Origin: Nitrososphaerota archaeon
GTDB lineage: Archaea > Thermoproteota > Nitrososphaeria_A > Caldarchaeales > Calditenuaceae
Direction of reading: 5' to 3'
Assembly (NCBI GenBank): GCA_038741355.1
Contig: JAVYLC010000002.1
Span: 1-32,000, forward strand
DNA: 32,000 bases
The notes beneath the pieces are model-generated. The model did no database searches. It was not told the origin of the DNA and saw nothing but the letters and a program-made list of their open reading frames with translations. The first letter of the stretch is position 1. Each line of letters opens with the position of its first letter. The position numbers and the translations under genes were made by a program. Below, in pieces: positions 23,828 through 32,000 of the stretch.

Positions 23828-25054
23828 ATGTTCGGATATGCGTAGTTGGGAAGGTTTTCAAGCCTAACAATCTAAAGGTTCTTGCGTAAACAAAACCCTC
23901 AGCGAATTCTTCAGATTGGTTAAATGGTATCTGAGCTTTAACCCAAAGTCTAAGGGCTTTCTGCATGTGAACTGTTACAGAGATGCTAAGAAGCGGTTTA
24001 ACTTGAACACTGCGCTGATTCAGACGGCGAGGGATAAGGCTATCGAAATCCTGAAGAGCTTCGAGAAGAACAGGAAAGAAGGGGGTGTCCTACGCCTTGA
24101 AAGGATATCGATACGCTTCGACAAGAGATGCTACAGCTTCGCCAAAGCGACAAACGCTCTACCCCGTACTGGCTAACTCTAAGCCTAAACAGAGGGGAAA
24201 GGATAAGCCTGCCCATAGCCTTCGGAGAGAGGCAAATGCAAATGATTGAGGAAGCTTTCAGAGGAGTAGGAGGTTTTCAACGGTTGAAATGGTCAGATGG
24301 AAAGGCGAATGGTACGCCCACTTCACTTTAACAAAGACCGTTGAGCTCGTAGATGACTTTGAGACTACAGTGGCTCTAGATAGAGGAGAGGTTAATTTAG
24401 CCGTTGCTGTTGCGATCTCAAAGAATAACCTAAGTAAGCCGATGAGGGGGCAGTTTTGGCGGGGCGAAGAGATTAAGAGGCTTAGAGGTCTCTACGGTCA
24501 TATTAGAAGGAGGCTTCAAGAGAAGAAGATGATAGGAATGGTTAAAAAGCTCAGAGATGGGGAAAGACGCAAAGTCTTACAGCAACTAAACACCATAAGC
24601 TAATCAGATAGTAGCCTACGCTAAGCAGTTCCACAAGCCGGTAATCGTCATGGAAGACCTGAATGGAATATGCAGCAACTTTAAAAAGGGGTAAAAAGCT
24701 CAATAAGAGATTCCACAACACACCATTTAGAAGACTCCAAACTATAGTGGAGTATAAGGCAAACCTCGAAGGAATAGGAGTTGAATACCTGACGAGAAGA
24801 GAAACAAAGACACTTCTAAGACATGCCATAAATGCGGGCATGTTGCCCAAGTAAAGGGAAGAGAGATTAGATGCCCAAAATGGGGGCTTATCTATAATAG
24901 GGACTTAAACGCATGCGTGAACATAGCCCATGACTTAATGAGAGGTGTGGGATGGAGGAGCTGTGAGCCCCTCAAACCAACAGATGAGGGGATAGGCGTA
25001 AAGCCTGCCCCAAACGCTGGAATCTCCCGGCTTAGCCGAGGAGAAGCTCACTAA
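23828..25054 (+). pseudogene. tnpB: IS200/IS605-family TnpB (OrfB) pseudogene, at least 5 frame disruptions
   Basis: Pieces are spread over all three frames. RuvC-I is in VALDRGEVNLAVAV, RuvC-II in VIVMEDLNG, and there is FRRLQTIVEYKANLEGIGVEYL. The zinc finger reads TSKTCHKCGH...CPKWG, with its fourth Cys now Trp. RuvC-III is in NRDLNACVNIA. No tnpA lies nearby. Confidence 0.8.
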
Positions 25055-25083
25055 ACACTTAACACACTTCCTCTATCCTACAA

Positions 25084-25371
25084 TCACTCTCTAGTGGGTC
25101 TACTCCTACTTTCTGGGTCGACGAGTCGGAGACATTTGTCGAGTGCTATTATCCAGCGTAGGAAAGTGTTGAGCCCAGCCCTCAAGGCCACTAGGTCGTC
25201 AGCATCGAGGACTAAATCTAGGGCCCCGTCTTTGAGCTGGATAGAGGCTCTAATCCTCCTTGAGGGCAGAGAGGACAGCTCTGGCTCTACCGCCTTTAAA
25301 ATCGTATCCGCATGCGGTGTCTGGACTATTAGCCGAAGACTAGAGACATGTCCCATGAAAACTCTACCCAT
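25084..25371 (-). CDS. pcc1: KEOPS complex subunit Pcc1
   Basis: ...LDLVLDADDLVALRAGLNTFLRWIIALDKCL matches the Pcc1 hallmark (A.D..ALRa..NsyLRWi). The probable start is the ATG at 25371 or 25356, not the 131-aa ORF start. Confidence 0.65.
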   Translation of the reverse strand: MGRVFMGHVSSLRLIVQTPHADTILKAVEPELSSLPSRRIRASIQLKDGALDLVLDADDLVALRAGLNTFLRWIIALDKCLRLVDPESRSRPTRE

Positions 25372-25396
25372 CCACGGTGCCCTGATACTTCCGTTG

Positions 25397-25426
25397 AGAA
25401 TATATGTGTTAAAAGATATATATGAG
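25397..25426. promoter_or_regulatory. divergent promoter region with back-to-back TATA-like elements
   Basis: GAATATAT (read on the minus strand) lies ~32 nt upstream of 25371. GATATATAT lies ~32 nt upstream of the TTG at 25451. Confidence 0.4.
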
Positions 25427-25450
25427 AGATAGCTAAGATTACGTCTCGGA

Positions 25451-25687
25451 TTGCCGACCGCATACGTGTTAATCAACACAGAAATAGGAGCCGAGGAGGA
25501 GGTCTTAAAGCAGCTGAGGCAGATGCCGCCGGTTAAAGAGGCATACCTAGTCTACGGCGTCTACGACATCGTGGCCAAGGTAGAGGCAGAGTCGATGGAT
25601 AAACTCAAGGAGACCGTGTCTTGGAATATTAGACGGCTGGAGAAGGTCAGGTCAACCCTAACCATGCTCGTTATGTCGCCTGAATGA
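25451..25687 (+). CDS. stand-alone Lrp/AsnC-type ligand-binding (RAM) domain protein
   Basis: 78 aa. AYVLINTE.G..EEVLKQL..MP.VKEAYLVYGVYDIVAKVEAES...L matches the AsnC_trans_reg domain, and there is no HTH. Confidence 0.7.
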   Translation: MPTAYVLINTEIGAEEEVLKQLRQMPPVKEAYLVYGVYDIVAKVEAESMDKLKETVSWNIRRLEKVRSTLTMLVMSPE

Positions 25688-26953
25688 CTCAAGCTTCAGA
25701 GGCATAGTAAGGTGCCTCCGCGCTGAGACTCGAACCTCAAATACCCCCTCAGTTATCTTCCTCTCAGCCTCTACATAGAGTGGCTTTAGTCCAGGCCGCT
25801 TAATCCCGCACTTCTCACACCTGTAGCCCTTATCCCGCCCCATGCTCTTCATCCTACGGCCGCAGACGTTACAGGTGGGTGCGGCCTTCGATATTGCCCT
25901 AGCCAGCTTAATTATTGCGAGCTTCTCTAGGTTCATTGTTAAGCCGTAGGGCTTCGGCTTGAGTGCCCCATACGCCAGAACCTCGTCACCAACCACCAAT
26001 CCCTGGACAACCCTCCTGAAACTACCAGTAGGCTCATAGGCTGCAAGCGTCACCTCTCCAGTCCCGTCTCTAATCCTGATGAAAACATGCCCACCGGCTA
26101 TAACGGTGGGGGGTGAGGAGACTACTCCCCTCACAACATACGATGTATTCGGCTTCATGTCGCAAATTCTTGCTGGTGTGTAGTGCAAGTCGCTTGCTTG
26201 GTTTGTCTTGAAGACTATGTGGAAGTCGACCGGCTCGTAGAACCTTACCATACTCAAGCCCTGCTCCGCGTGCTGTGGGGTTATTGCGCGGACACCAGCC
26301 AAGACGGGGCAAGGTGTGTGCGGAGTGATCCTGACCTCTCCCTTCTCATAGTCGTAGTTATCGAAGGTGTATCGCGAGAGTGCCCTATCCATCTCGATTA
26401 CGCTCTGCTCGTCGACGAGCCTCTCGCGCCCCCACATCTCTGGGACGCGGTATGCGATAGCCTCGAAGGTCTTCAACGAATCTGGGTCTGCTCCCACGGC
26501 AGCGGCTGCCCCAACAATGCCCCTACCCTCCTTCAACCTAATGTAACGGACACCCAAGTCATCACATCTCTGCACAACCTCCTCGGGCTCGATAATCTCC
26601 CGAATAGCCCTCCAGTATAGTTCCCTCAACTTCTCAGCCTGCTCAGTCCACGCATACACGATACCTGGGTCTGTGCCCTCCGACTCGAGGTCCGCCCACC
26701 GCTCAACGGTCGAGACCACTATCTCATCGATCCGGGGTAGGTCGCTTGTGTTGGCTTGTATCGAGAGGCAGATTGCTGCGTTTCCCCGGGTCTTGTAGGG
26801 GCAGTTGGGGTTGAGCCTTACGAGCCAGGGGAGGTCTGCTGTCCTATACCCGTTCCTCTCCAACTCCTTCAGGGCCTGAACCGCGACGTAGGTTGTGCAC
26901 ATGGTGCGCTTCGAGTCCGTATCGTCGATCCCTATCCGCAGTTCCCTCCCCAA
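25658..26953 (-). CDS. tiaS: tRNA(Ile2) 2-agmatinylcytidine synthetase TiaS
   Basis: 431 aa with the N-terminus LRIGIDDTDSKRTMCTTY...LVRLNPNCPYKTRGN and a C-terminal zinc ribbon (CNVCGRRM...CEKCG). Confidence 0.9.
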   Translation of the reverse strand: MGRELRIGIDDTDSKRTMCTTYVAVQALKELERNGYRTADLPWLVRLNPNCPYKTRGNAAICLSIQANTSDLPRIDEIVVSTVERWADLESEGTDPGIVYAWTEQAEKLRELYWRAIREIIEPEEVVQRCDDLGVRYIRLKEGRGIVGAAAAVGADPDSLKTFEAIAYRVPEMWGRERLVDEQSVIEMDRALSRYTFDNYDYEKGEVRITPHTPCPVLAGVRAITPQHAEQGLSMVRFYEPVDFHIVFKTNQASDLHYTPARICDMKPNTSYVVRGVVSSPPTVIAGGHVFIRIRDGTGEVTLAAYEPTGSFRRVVQGLVVGDEVLAYGALKPKPYGLTMNLEKLAIIKLARAISKAAPTCNVCGRRMKSMGRDKGYRCEKCGIKRPGLKPLYVEAERKITEGVFEVRVSARRHLTMPLKLESFRRHNEHG

Positions 26954-27012
26954 CCTTCTCCCAAGGCAATCCTTAAGACATCGAGTCTATATGGGTATCT
27001 TCTCAGGAAGTC

Positions 27013-28110
27013 TTGAGGTACAGGGCTTTACTAGACGTTTTTGAGCCCTATGGCTGGGAGCCATCCACGGAGCAGATAGCCTCTAGCTTGGGAATCAAGC
27101 CTGGCAGGATTCTTCGGCTGGACCTCAACACCTCTCCCACACCACCCTCCGCCTCGCTCAAGGCTGCCTCGAAAAAACTCCCAGGAATCAAGATCAACCT
27201 CTACCCGAATACGAGTTACACATCCTTGAGGCAGGCCATCTCGGACTACACTTCGCACGACCCTGAAGCCATAATCCCGACCAATGGGGCTGACGAGGCA
27301 ATCGACATAGTGGCTAGGGTTTTTCTGGAGAATGACATGACAGCCTTGGCATCAGCGCCTACCTATAGCTACTTCAGAATAGCCTCTGAGCTCCAAGGGG
27401 CCAGGTTCATCGGGGTCCCACGCCTAGGGAATCTCCAAGACGACGTCGACGGTATTCTCTCACGCGTAGACGACAGTACCGGTGTGGTATTCCTCTGCAG
27501 CCCCAATAATCCGACCGGCAACATAACCCCGATACGAGATGTCGAGCGGCTGTGCGCTGAGACAGAGGCCTGCATAGTTGTGGATGAGGCCTACTACGAG
27601 TACTGTGGAGTCTCTGTACAGCCACTCCTCCAAAAGTACAGCAACCTCATAGCCATCAGGACGCTCTCAAAGGGGTTCGGCTTGGCTGGAGCAAGGATAG
27701 GATACATCCTCGCGTGCGAGGAGACTGTGAAGCTGGTCAATAAGGCAAGGCCGCCTAACAGCCTCGGCACAGTAAATATAGAGATCGCCCACCACGCCCT
27801 GACACATCGGAACTACATGTACCGCTCAGTCAAGAACGTAGTCAACGAGCGCGAGAGGATGCAAGCTGTCTTATCACGCATGGACGGATTGGAGGTCTAC
27901 CCCTCACACGCAAACTTCCTCCTCATCCGCTTCACAGAGTTAGACGCCAACCAAGTCTATGCCGAGCTGTTGAAGAGGGGAATAGTCGTAAGAAACCTCT
28001 CCCAGAACCCGCTCACAAAGAACTGTCTCAGAGTCACAGTCGGCCTGAGGGGTCAGAATAACAGATTTCTCAACGCCTTGAAATCTATTCTAACACTATT
28101 GAGGAGATAA
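27013..28110 (+). CDS. hisC: class II PLP aminotransferase, histidinol-phosphate aminotransferase-like (CobD-type decarboxylase not excluded)
   Basis: 365 aa with LDLNTSPTPP, CSPNNPTG and RTLSKGFGLAGARIGY (PLP lysine). Confidence 0.7.
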   Translation: MRYRALLDVFEPYGWEPSTEQIASSLGIKPGRILRLDLNTSPTPPSASLKAASKKLPGIKINLYPNTSYTSLRQAISDYTSHDPEAIIPTNGADEAIDIVARVFLENDMTALASAPTYSYFRIASELQGARFIGVPRLGNLQDDVDGILSRVDDSTGVVFLCSPNNPTGNITPIRDVERLCAETEACIVVDEAYYEYCGVSVQPLLQKYSNLIAIRTLSKGFGLAGARIGYILACEETVKLVNKARPPNSLGTVNIEIAHHALTHRNYMYRSVKNVVNERERMQAVLSRMDGLEVYPSHANFLLIRFTELDANQVYAELLKRGIVVRNLSQNPLTKNCLRVTVGLRGQNNRFLNALKSILTLLRR

Positions 28111-29574
28111 TCTATTATATGCGTCGCGGAGCTCGGCTTGGAAGCGGCGGTGCCATGCCTCAAAGCCGCTCGGATCCTCTGGATACTTCTCGTATAAGGC
28201 TATCAGGCGCCTACTCTTCTCCGCGGTAAGCCTAAGCCCCTTTGCGAGCGTGGGGTCCTCTTTTATTCTCCTTCTCAACTCTCCATCGAGGAGATAGCGT
28301 GTCAGACTGGTGAGGAGTGGGAACCGCGGATGCTCACGCCTCTTAATACTCTCAACATCCTCCTGCGAGAGGAAATACTTCATGCCAAAGCTGATCCTCT
28401 CGTTTGTGAGCCCTTGGAGATAGCGTCTAAGCACTTCAAAACTAGCCATCTGGTAACCGCGCCTCCTCACGTATTCAACATTATATTTCCATAGGCCCTT
28501 TTGGCTGACGTCTCCTGACTCGATGGCCTCTACGAGGCAACGCCCCAAAATAATACTCGCCTCGAGGGCAGGCCCAATCCCTCCTGCATCAATCGGTCTC
28601 GGCATCCACGCGGCGTCACCAACGATCGCAAAGCCGTTGGCTACGAGGCAGTCGTTTTGGCGTCGCACGGGAACCTGCCAGATGTTGAAGGTGTTGTTCT
28701 CGTCTAGGGGTGAGGTGGAGGGCCTCGGATTTTGCACGGCACGGTTCAGGCTTAGATACTTCTCTATCAGGTCTTGGAGGCCTTCGTTGACGCCGAGGGC
28801 TGTGTTTCTCTTGTTGAGTAGGCGTCTCAGCACGCCGAGGCCTATGTTGGCTTTATTCTCCCCTTTTGGGAAGACCCAGGAGTAGCCGCCCGGGGCTAGG
28901 ACTTGGTCTAGGTGTATGATGCAATAGCGGGGGTCAAACCATGTCTCGTCCTCCTCTCCATGCTCAAACTCCACGATGTATCTACCTGTACCTATGATGT
29001 CGTTTTCCTTATCTATCTCCCTCTCGATGAAGCTAGGTATAGAAAGGTTAGAGCGAAGCTTTGAAGCAGAACCAGACGCATCAACTACCACTTTGGCGTA
29101 GAAGCTCAACTCCGCACCAGAGGCTAAGTCTTTACATTTAACCCCCCGCACATACCCGTTATCGGCTATCAGTGTTTGGGCGTCTAGCCCGTGCCTCACC
29201 TCCACGCCGAATTTCTCGAGATACTCGAGCTGGCGTGCGGCCCAGACCCGCCTATTCAGAATGTAGCCCTCGCCGTCGAACAAGACCCTTGACTCGTGGT
29301 CGGGTGAGTAAACCAAGACGCCTTCAACCTTATGCTCGATCTCGGGGAAGCCATAAGAGATTCCGAGATTATTGCATGCGTAGTCCATGCTTTTCTTGCT
29401 GACCGCATCCCCACACGACCAGCCTGTCCGAGTCTTCTTACCAAACTCTTTTGAATCGTTTCTGTCGATCAGGAGTACTCTCAGCTGGCCTTTGGAGAAT
29501 CGCTCCACAGCCATAGCGGTGTGGGCGCCCGCGACGCCTCCCCCGACAACTATAACGTCGTAGTCTATGTCCAC
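28096..29574 (-). CDS. FAD-dependent geranylgeranyl reductase family oxidoreductase
   Basis: 492 aa with the N-terminal dinucleotide fold YDVIVVGGGVAGAHTA and GDAAW.P. Long for the family because of a C-terminal extension. Confidence 0.75.
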   Translation of the reverse strand: MDIDYDVIVVGGGVAGAHTAMAVERFSKGQLRVLLIDRNDSKEFGKKTRTGWSCGDAVSKKSMDYACNNLGISYGFPEIEHKVEGVLVYSPDHESRVLFDGEGYILNRRVWAARQLEYLEKFGVEVRHGLDAQTLIADNGYVRGVKCKDLASGAELSFYAKVVVDASGSASKLRSNLSIPSFIEREIDKENDIIGTGRYIVEFEHGEEDETWFDPRYCIIHLDQVLAPGGYSWVFPKGENKANIGLGVLRRLLNKRNTALGVNEGLQDLIEKYLSLNRAVQNPRPSTSPLDENNTFNIWQVPVRRQNDCLVANGFAIVGDAAWMPRPIDAGGIGPALEASIILGRCLVEAIESGDVSQKGLWKYNVEYVRRRGYQMASFEVLRRYLQGLTNERISFGMKYFLSQEDVESIKRREHPRFPLLTSLTRYLLDGELRRRIKEDPTLAKGLRLTAEKSRRLIALYEKYPEDPSGFEAWHRRFQAELRDAYNRLSPQ

Positions 29575-29640
29575 GCCTAATCCACTCTGGGAGCCCTTAT
29601 TTAAAACGCTCTCACCCCTACAAACGAATTGAGGTGGAAG

Positions 29641-30252
29641 CTACAGTCTTTTCATTCTACCCCTGATTATCCTCTCGGCTCGCTTGGCGTCAGAGCTGTT
29701 CGCAACCCTGAAGAGGATATTCATTTTCTGGTCAAAGACCTTTAGGGCTCCGATGTATATATACAGGACATTCTTTATGTGCTTAGTTATCTCGCCAATC
29801 TCCTCGCTCCCAGAGGCACTGCACGCCTCCAGAAAGGGCGTCTTTCTATAGGCTGAGAAGAGGTATTCAGCTCTCCCCTCAGCGTCCCTCAGAATTGCAG
29901 CCGAGAATTTCCTACAAGACTCAAGGATAAACGTCGTGAACTCTTGACTAACAAGGGGGGCGTCGCAGGGGAGTATCAAGAACCTGTCAGACTCTGAGAG
30001 GGGCATGTAAGATTTCAGCGCACTCCCCAGTCCCGCCTTGCTGACGTGTATCCTCGCCATATACTTCTCGGCAGTCTCAGAGTACGCCTCTTTCCCCGCC
30101 TCATCACCCACCCAGATCACCAGCTCATCCACCTCATCGGGCAGGGAATCCAAGACATACTCGATCAATGGCTTATCGAGAATCCGGTAAAGCCCCCTCT
30201 GAACTCGGCCTATCTCCGTAAAATCGGTCAAAACTATTGCAGTGGATGTCAA
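29641..30252 (-). CDS. MobA-like NTP-transferase-fold protein with degenerate N-terminal nucleotide-binding motif
   Basis: 203 aa with ...ILDKPLIEYVLDSL... and LILPCDAPLV, typical of the MobA/CofC-like fold. The usual LAGGxSxRMG is replaced by LTDFTEIGRVQRG. Confidence 0.5.
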   Translation of the reverse strand: MTSTAIVLTDFTEIGRVQRGLYRILDKPLIEYVLDSLPDEVDELVIWVGDEAGKEAYSETAEKYMARIHVSKAGLGSALKSYMPLSESDRFLILPCDAPLVSQEFTTFILESCRKFSAAILRDAEGRAEYLFSAYRKTPFLEACSASGSEEIGEITKHIKNVLYIYIGALKVFDQKMNILFRVANSSDAKRAERIIRGRMKRL

Positions 30253-30398
30253 GGTCTTGACATTGAACTTAATGGGTCTGCTCTAATTAAGATTATTTAG
30301 AGACTAGTATTGGAGTTTCAGAGTATTGCGCCTATAGTCTCCGAGCGGGGGGCCCTACGAAACCTAAATACCTTCCTGAGGGGTTTGCCACTTGATAC

Positions 30399-31016
30399 AT
30401 GTTGAAAAACCCCTTCAAGAGGGATGTTGGACACGGGAGAGGGATAGTCGGCTCTGATAGCAGGTACCTAGAGATAGTCACAGCCCTGAAGATTCAGTCT
30501 GAGAAGCTGAACAGGACGGCGCAGAGGCTCATGTCAAGGGGCAAAGAGCTATTCGAGCAGTGTGTTAGGGCGCAGCAGGAGGGAGACACAGGACGCGCGA
30601 CAATCTATGCCAACGAGATTGCACAGCTTAGGAAGATGTCCAGAGTGGTTGTCCGGAGCCAGCTTTCACTCGAAAAGGTCATCTTGAGGCTTGAGACCGT
30701 AAAGGAGTTTGGTGACGTTATGCACGTCCTCGGCCCCGCTACCGCCATTATAAAGCACGTCCAGTCAGACTTGGCAGGGGTTGTGCCCGAGGTTGCGGAG
30801 AATCTACGATATGTAGACGAGATGCTCGAGGGCTTGATCATCGAGGCCGGATCAGTCACCGGGTCCATAACAAGCGTCTCTGTAAGCGACGGTGAAGCCC
30901 AGAAGATACTCCAAGAAGCCTCGGAGATTGCGGCGCAGAGAATGAAGACAGCATTCCCAGAGATTCCTGAGTCACTCAAGGTAAGCGAGGCCGGTTCCGA
31001 GACGAAGACGATCTGA
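30399..31016 (+). CDS. cdvB: ESCRT-III (Snf7/CdvB-like) protein without winged-helix extension
   Basis: 205 aa, helical. GDTGRATIYANEIAQLRKM..., then VPEVAENL and an acidic C-terminus, resembles crenarchaeal CdvB as I remember it. Confidence 0.7.
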   Translation: MLKNPFKRDVGHGRGIVGSDSRYLEIVTALKIQSEKLNRTAQRLMSRGKELFEQCVRAQQEGDTGRATIYANEIAQLRKMSRVVVRSQLSLEKVILRLETVKEFGDVMHVLGPATAIIKHVQSDLAGVVPEVAENLRYVDEMLEGLIIEAGSVTGSITSVSVSDGEAQKILQEASEIAAQRMKTAFPEIPESLKVSEAGSETKTI

Positions 31017-31119
31017 TAAAGCTTCGACTCGAAGTCCATTACATACATAGCCTAATTTTTATCTATCCCGAAAACCTTACCTTCAGTCATAGAGTTAGCT
31101 GTAAGGGTGGTTAGAGGGA

Positions 31120-31539
31120 GTGTCTGAGGAGAGGCGGGCAATAGCTGCGGCCAGCGCGCTTGTCGAGAAAGAGGGGAAGGTGCTGCTAGTGAGGCGTGGA
31201 AGAATGCCAGCCCGCGGGAAATGGGCCCTACCAGGGGGTGCCGTCCGGTGGGGTGAGCCGATTAGAGACGCAGCTGTGAGGGAGGTCTTAGAGGAGACCA
31301 GCGTCCTGATAGAAGTGGGTCAGATCCTAGATGTCGTCGACGTCTTCTATAGAGAAGGTGGCGAGCTTCTATACCACTACGTGGTCGTCTGCTTTGCCGG
31401 CAGGTATCTTGGAGGAGATTTGAAGCCGGGAACAGATGCCGAGGATGCTAGATGGGTCCCGATAAATGAGCTGAGAAACTACGATATCACGCCTACCGCT
31501 TGGAAAGTAATTGCGCGGGTATTTGGCATCAAACAATGA
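31120..31539 (+). CDS. NUDIX hydrolase
   Basis: 139 aa with the Nudix box GKWALPGGAVRWGEPIRDAAVREVLEETS. GTG start. Confidence 0.85.
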   Translation: MSEERRAIAAASALVEKEGKVLLVRRGRMPARGKWALPGGAVRWGEPIRDAAVREVLEETSVLIEVGQILDVVDVFYREGGELLYHYVVVCFAGRYLGGDLKPGTDAEDARWVPINELRNYDITPTAWKVIARVFGIKQ

Positions 31540-32000
31540 AGAGCGGCTCTGAATCCCTTATGACGCGAGGCTCCACGCTCCTAAGTCCCACATAGTGCCT
31601 CGTCAATTCTCGAAGAGCCTCGTGCGTGGCCCCTCCATAGAACCTGAGACCTCTGACCCCCGCCCTTATAAGAATTCTATCGACCTCTACCCCTCCAAGC
31701 GACTCTAGGCCTCTCTTCTTAGAGCCGTAGAGGAAACCCCATACAGAAGAGAACGATATGATGAAGGTAGCCAGCTCGGAGACATTGGTAAAGGCTGTTT
31801 GCATCGTCTTTTTTATAGACTGGTATGCTAGCGGTGTGTGGGTGGGGGATGTGGCGTGGGTGGCTACAACGCCGTTCTCTGAGAGTTTTGAGTGCAGGAG
31901 TGAGTAAAACTCTGAGGTGTAGAGAAGGTAGGATGGGCCGTGCTCGAGGGGGTCGGTGACATCCACTATAAAGACATCTACGTTACCCGCTAGTTTCTCA
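31529..32000 (-). CDS. speE: polyamine aminopropyltransferase (spermidine synthase family), 5'-truncated by the window edge
   Basis: ...VDVFIVDVTDPLEHGPSYLLYTSEFY... matches the SpeE signature. The frame stays open to position 32000. Confidence 0.8.
   Translation of the reverse strand, partial: EKLAGNVDVFIVDVTDPLEHGPSYLLYTSEFYSLLHSKLSENGVVATHATSPTHTPLAYQSIKKTMQTAFTNVSELATFIISFSSVWGFLYGSKKRGLESLGGVEVDRILIRAGVRGLRFYGGATHEALRELTRHYVGLRSVEPRVIRDSEPLFIV

Noticed and set aside
25372-25479. N-terminal 36-aa extension of the Pcc1 ORF
   Set aside because: The extension runs through the AT-rich divergent promoter and its TATA-like boxes. Pcc1 proteins are ~80-95 aa, which matches a start at 25371 or 25356.

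Overview
This is an archaeal chromosomal segment. The markers are RadA, TiaS, sn-glycerol-1-phosphate dehydrogenase, a geranylgeranyl-reductase family enzyme, KEOPS Pcc1 and an ESCRT-III/CdvB-like protein. TATA-like boxes sit about 25-35 nt upstream of many start codons, and genes are tightly packed with overlapping convergent 3' ends. By inference this fits a thermophilic crenarchaeal/TACK lineage best. From about 7.5 kb to 32 kb the content is ordinary housekeeping and metabolism: nadK, egsA, speB, a CUT1-type sugar ABC importer without its ATPase, an aldehyde dehydrogenase, a GH4 glycosidase, ctaB, an MFS transporter, radA, hisC-like, Nudix and speE. This part is interrupted only by a heavily frameshifted solo tnpB. 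The first ~7.3 kb is different: visibly more AT-rich, gene-poor and full of decay. A perfect 63-bp direct repeat (879-941 and 5575-5637) brackets a 4.6-kb islet with no recognisable integrase. The islet holds two paralogous coiled-coil/PD-(D/E)XK-like genes, a fused MNT-HEPN gene with a palindromic operator, and a DUF1028 pseudogene. One paralog carries an in-frame 63-bp tandem duplication; the other is frameshifted by a 26-nt inverted duplication. The right repeat copy overlaps the last codons of a minimal archaeo-eukaryotic-primase (AEP)-like gene. That gene is translationally coupled (ATGA) to a single-domain KaiC/RadC-like RecA-fold ATPase. I cannot place this gene pair in a described system, and it is my top candidate for something new. 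No rRNA, tRNA or CRISPR array was seen. All family assignments come from motif recognition by eye, not from searches.
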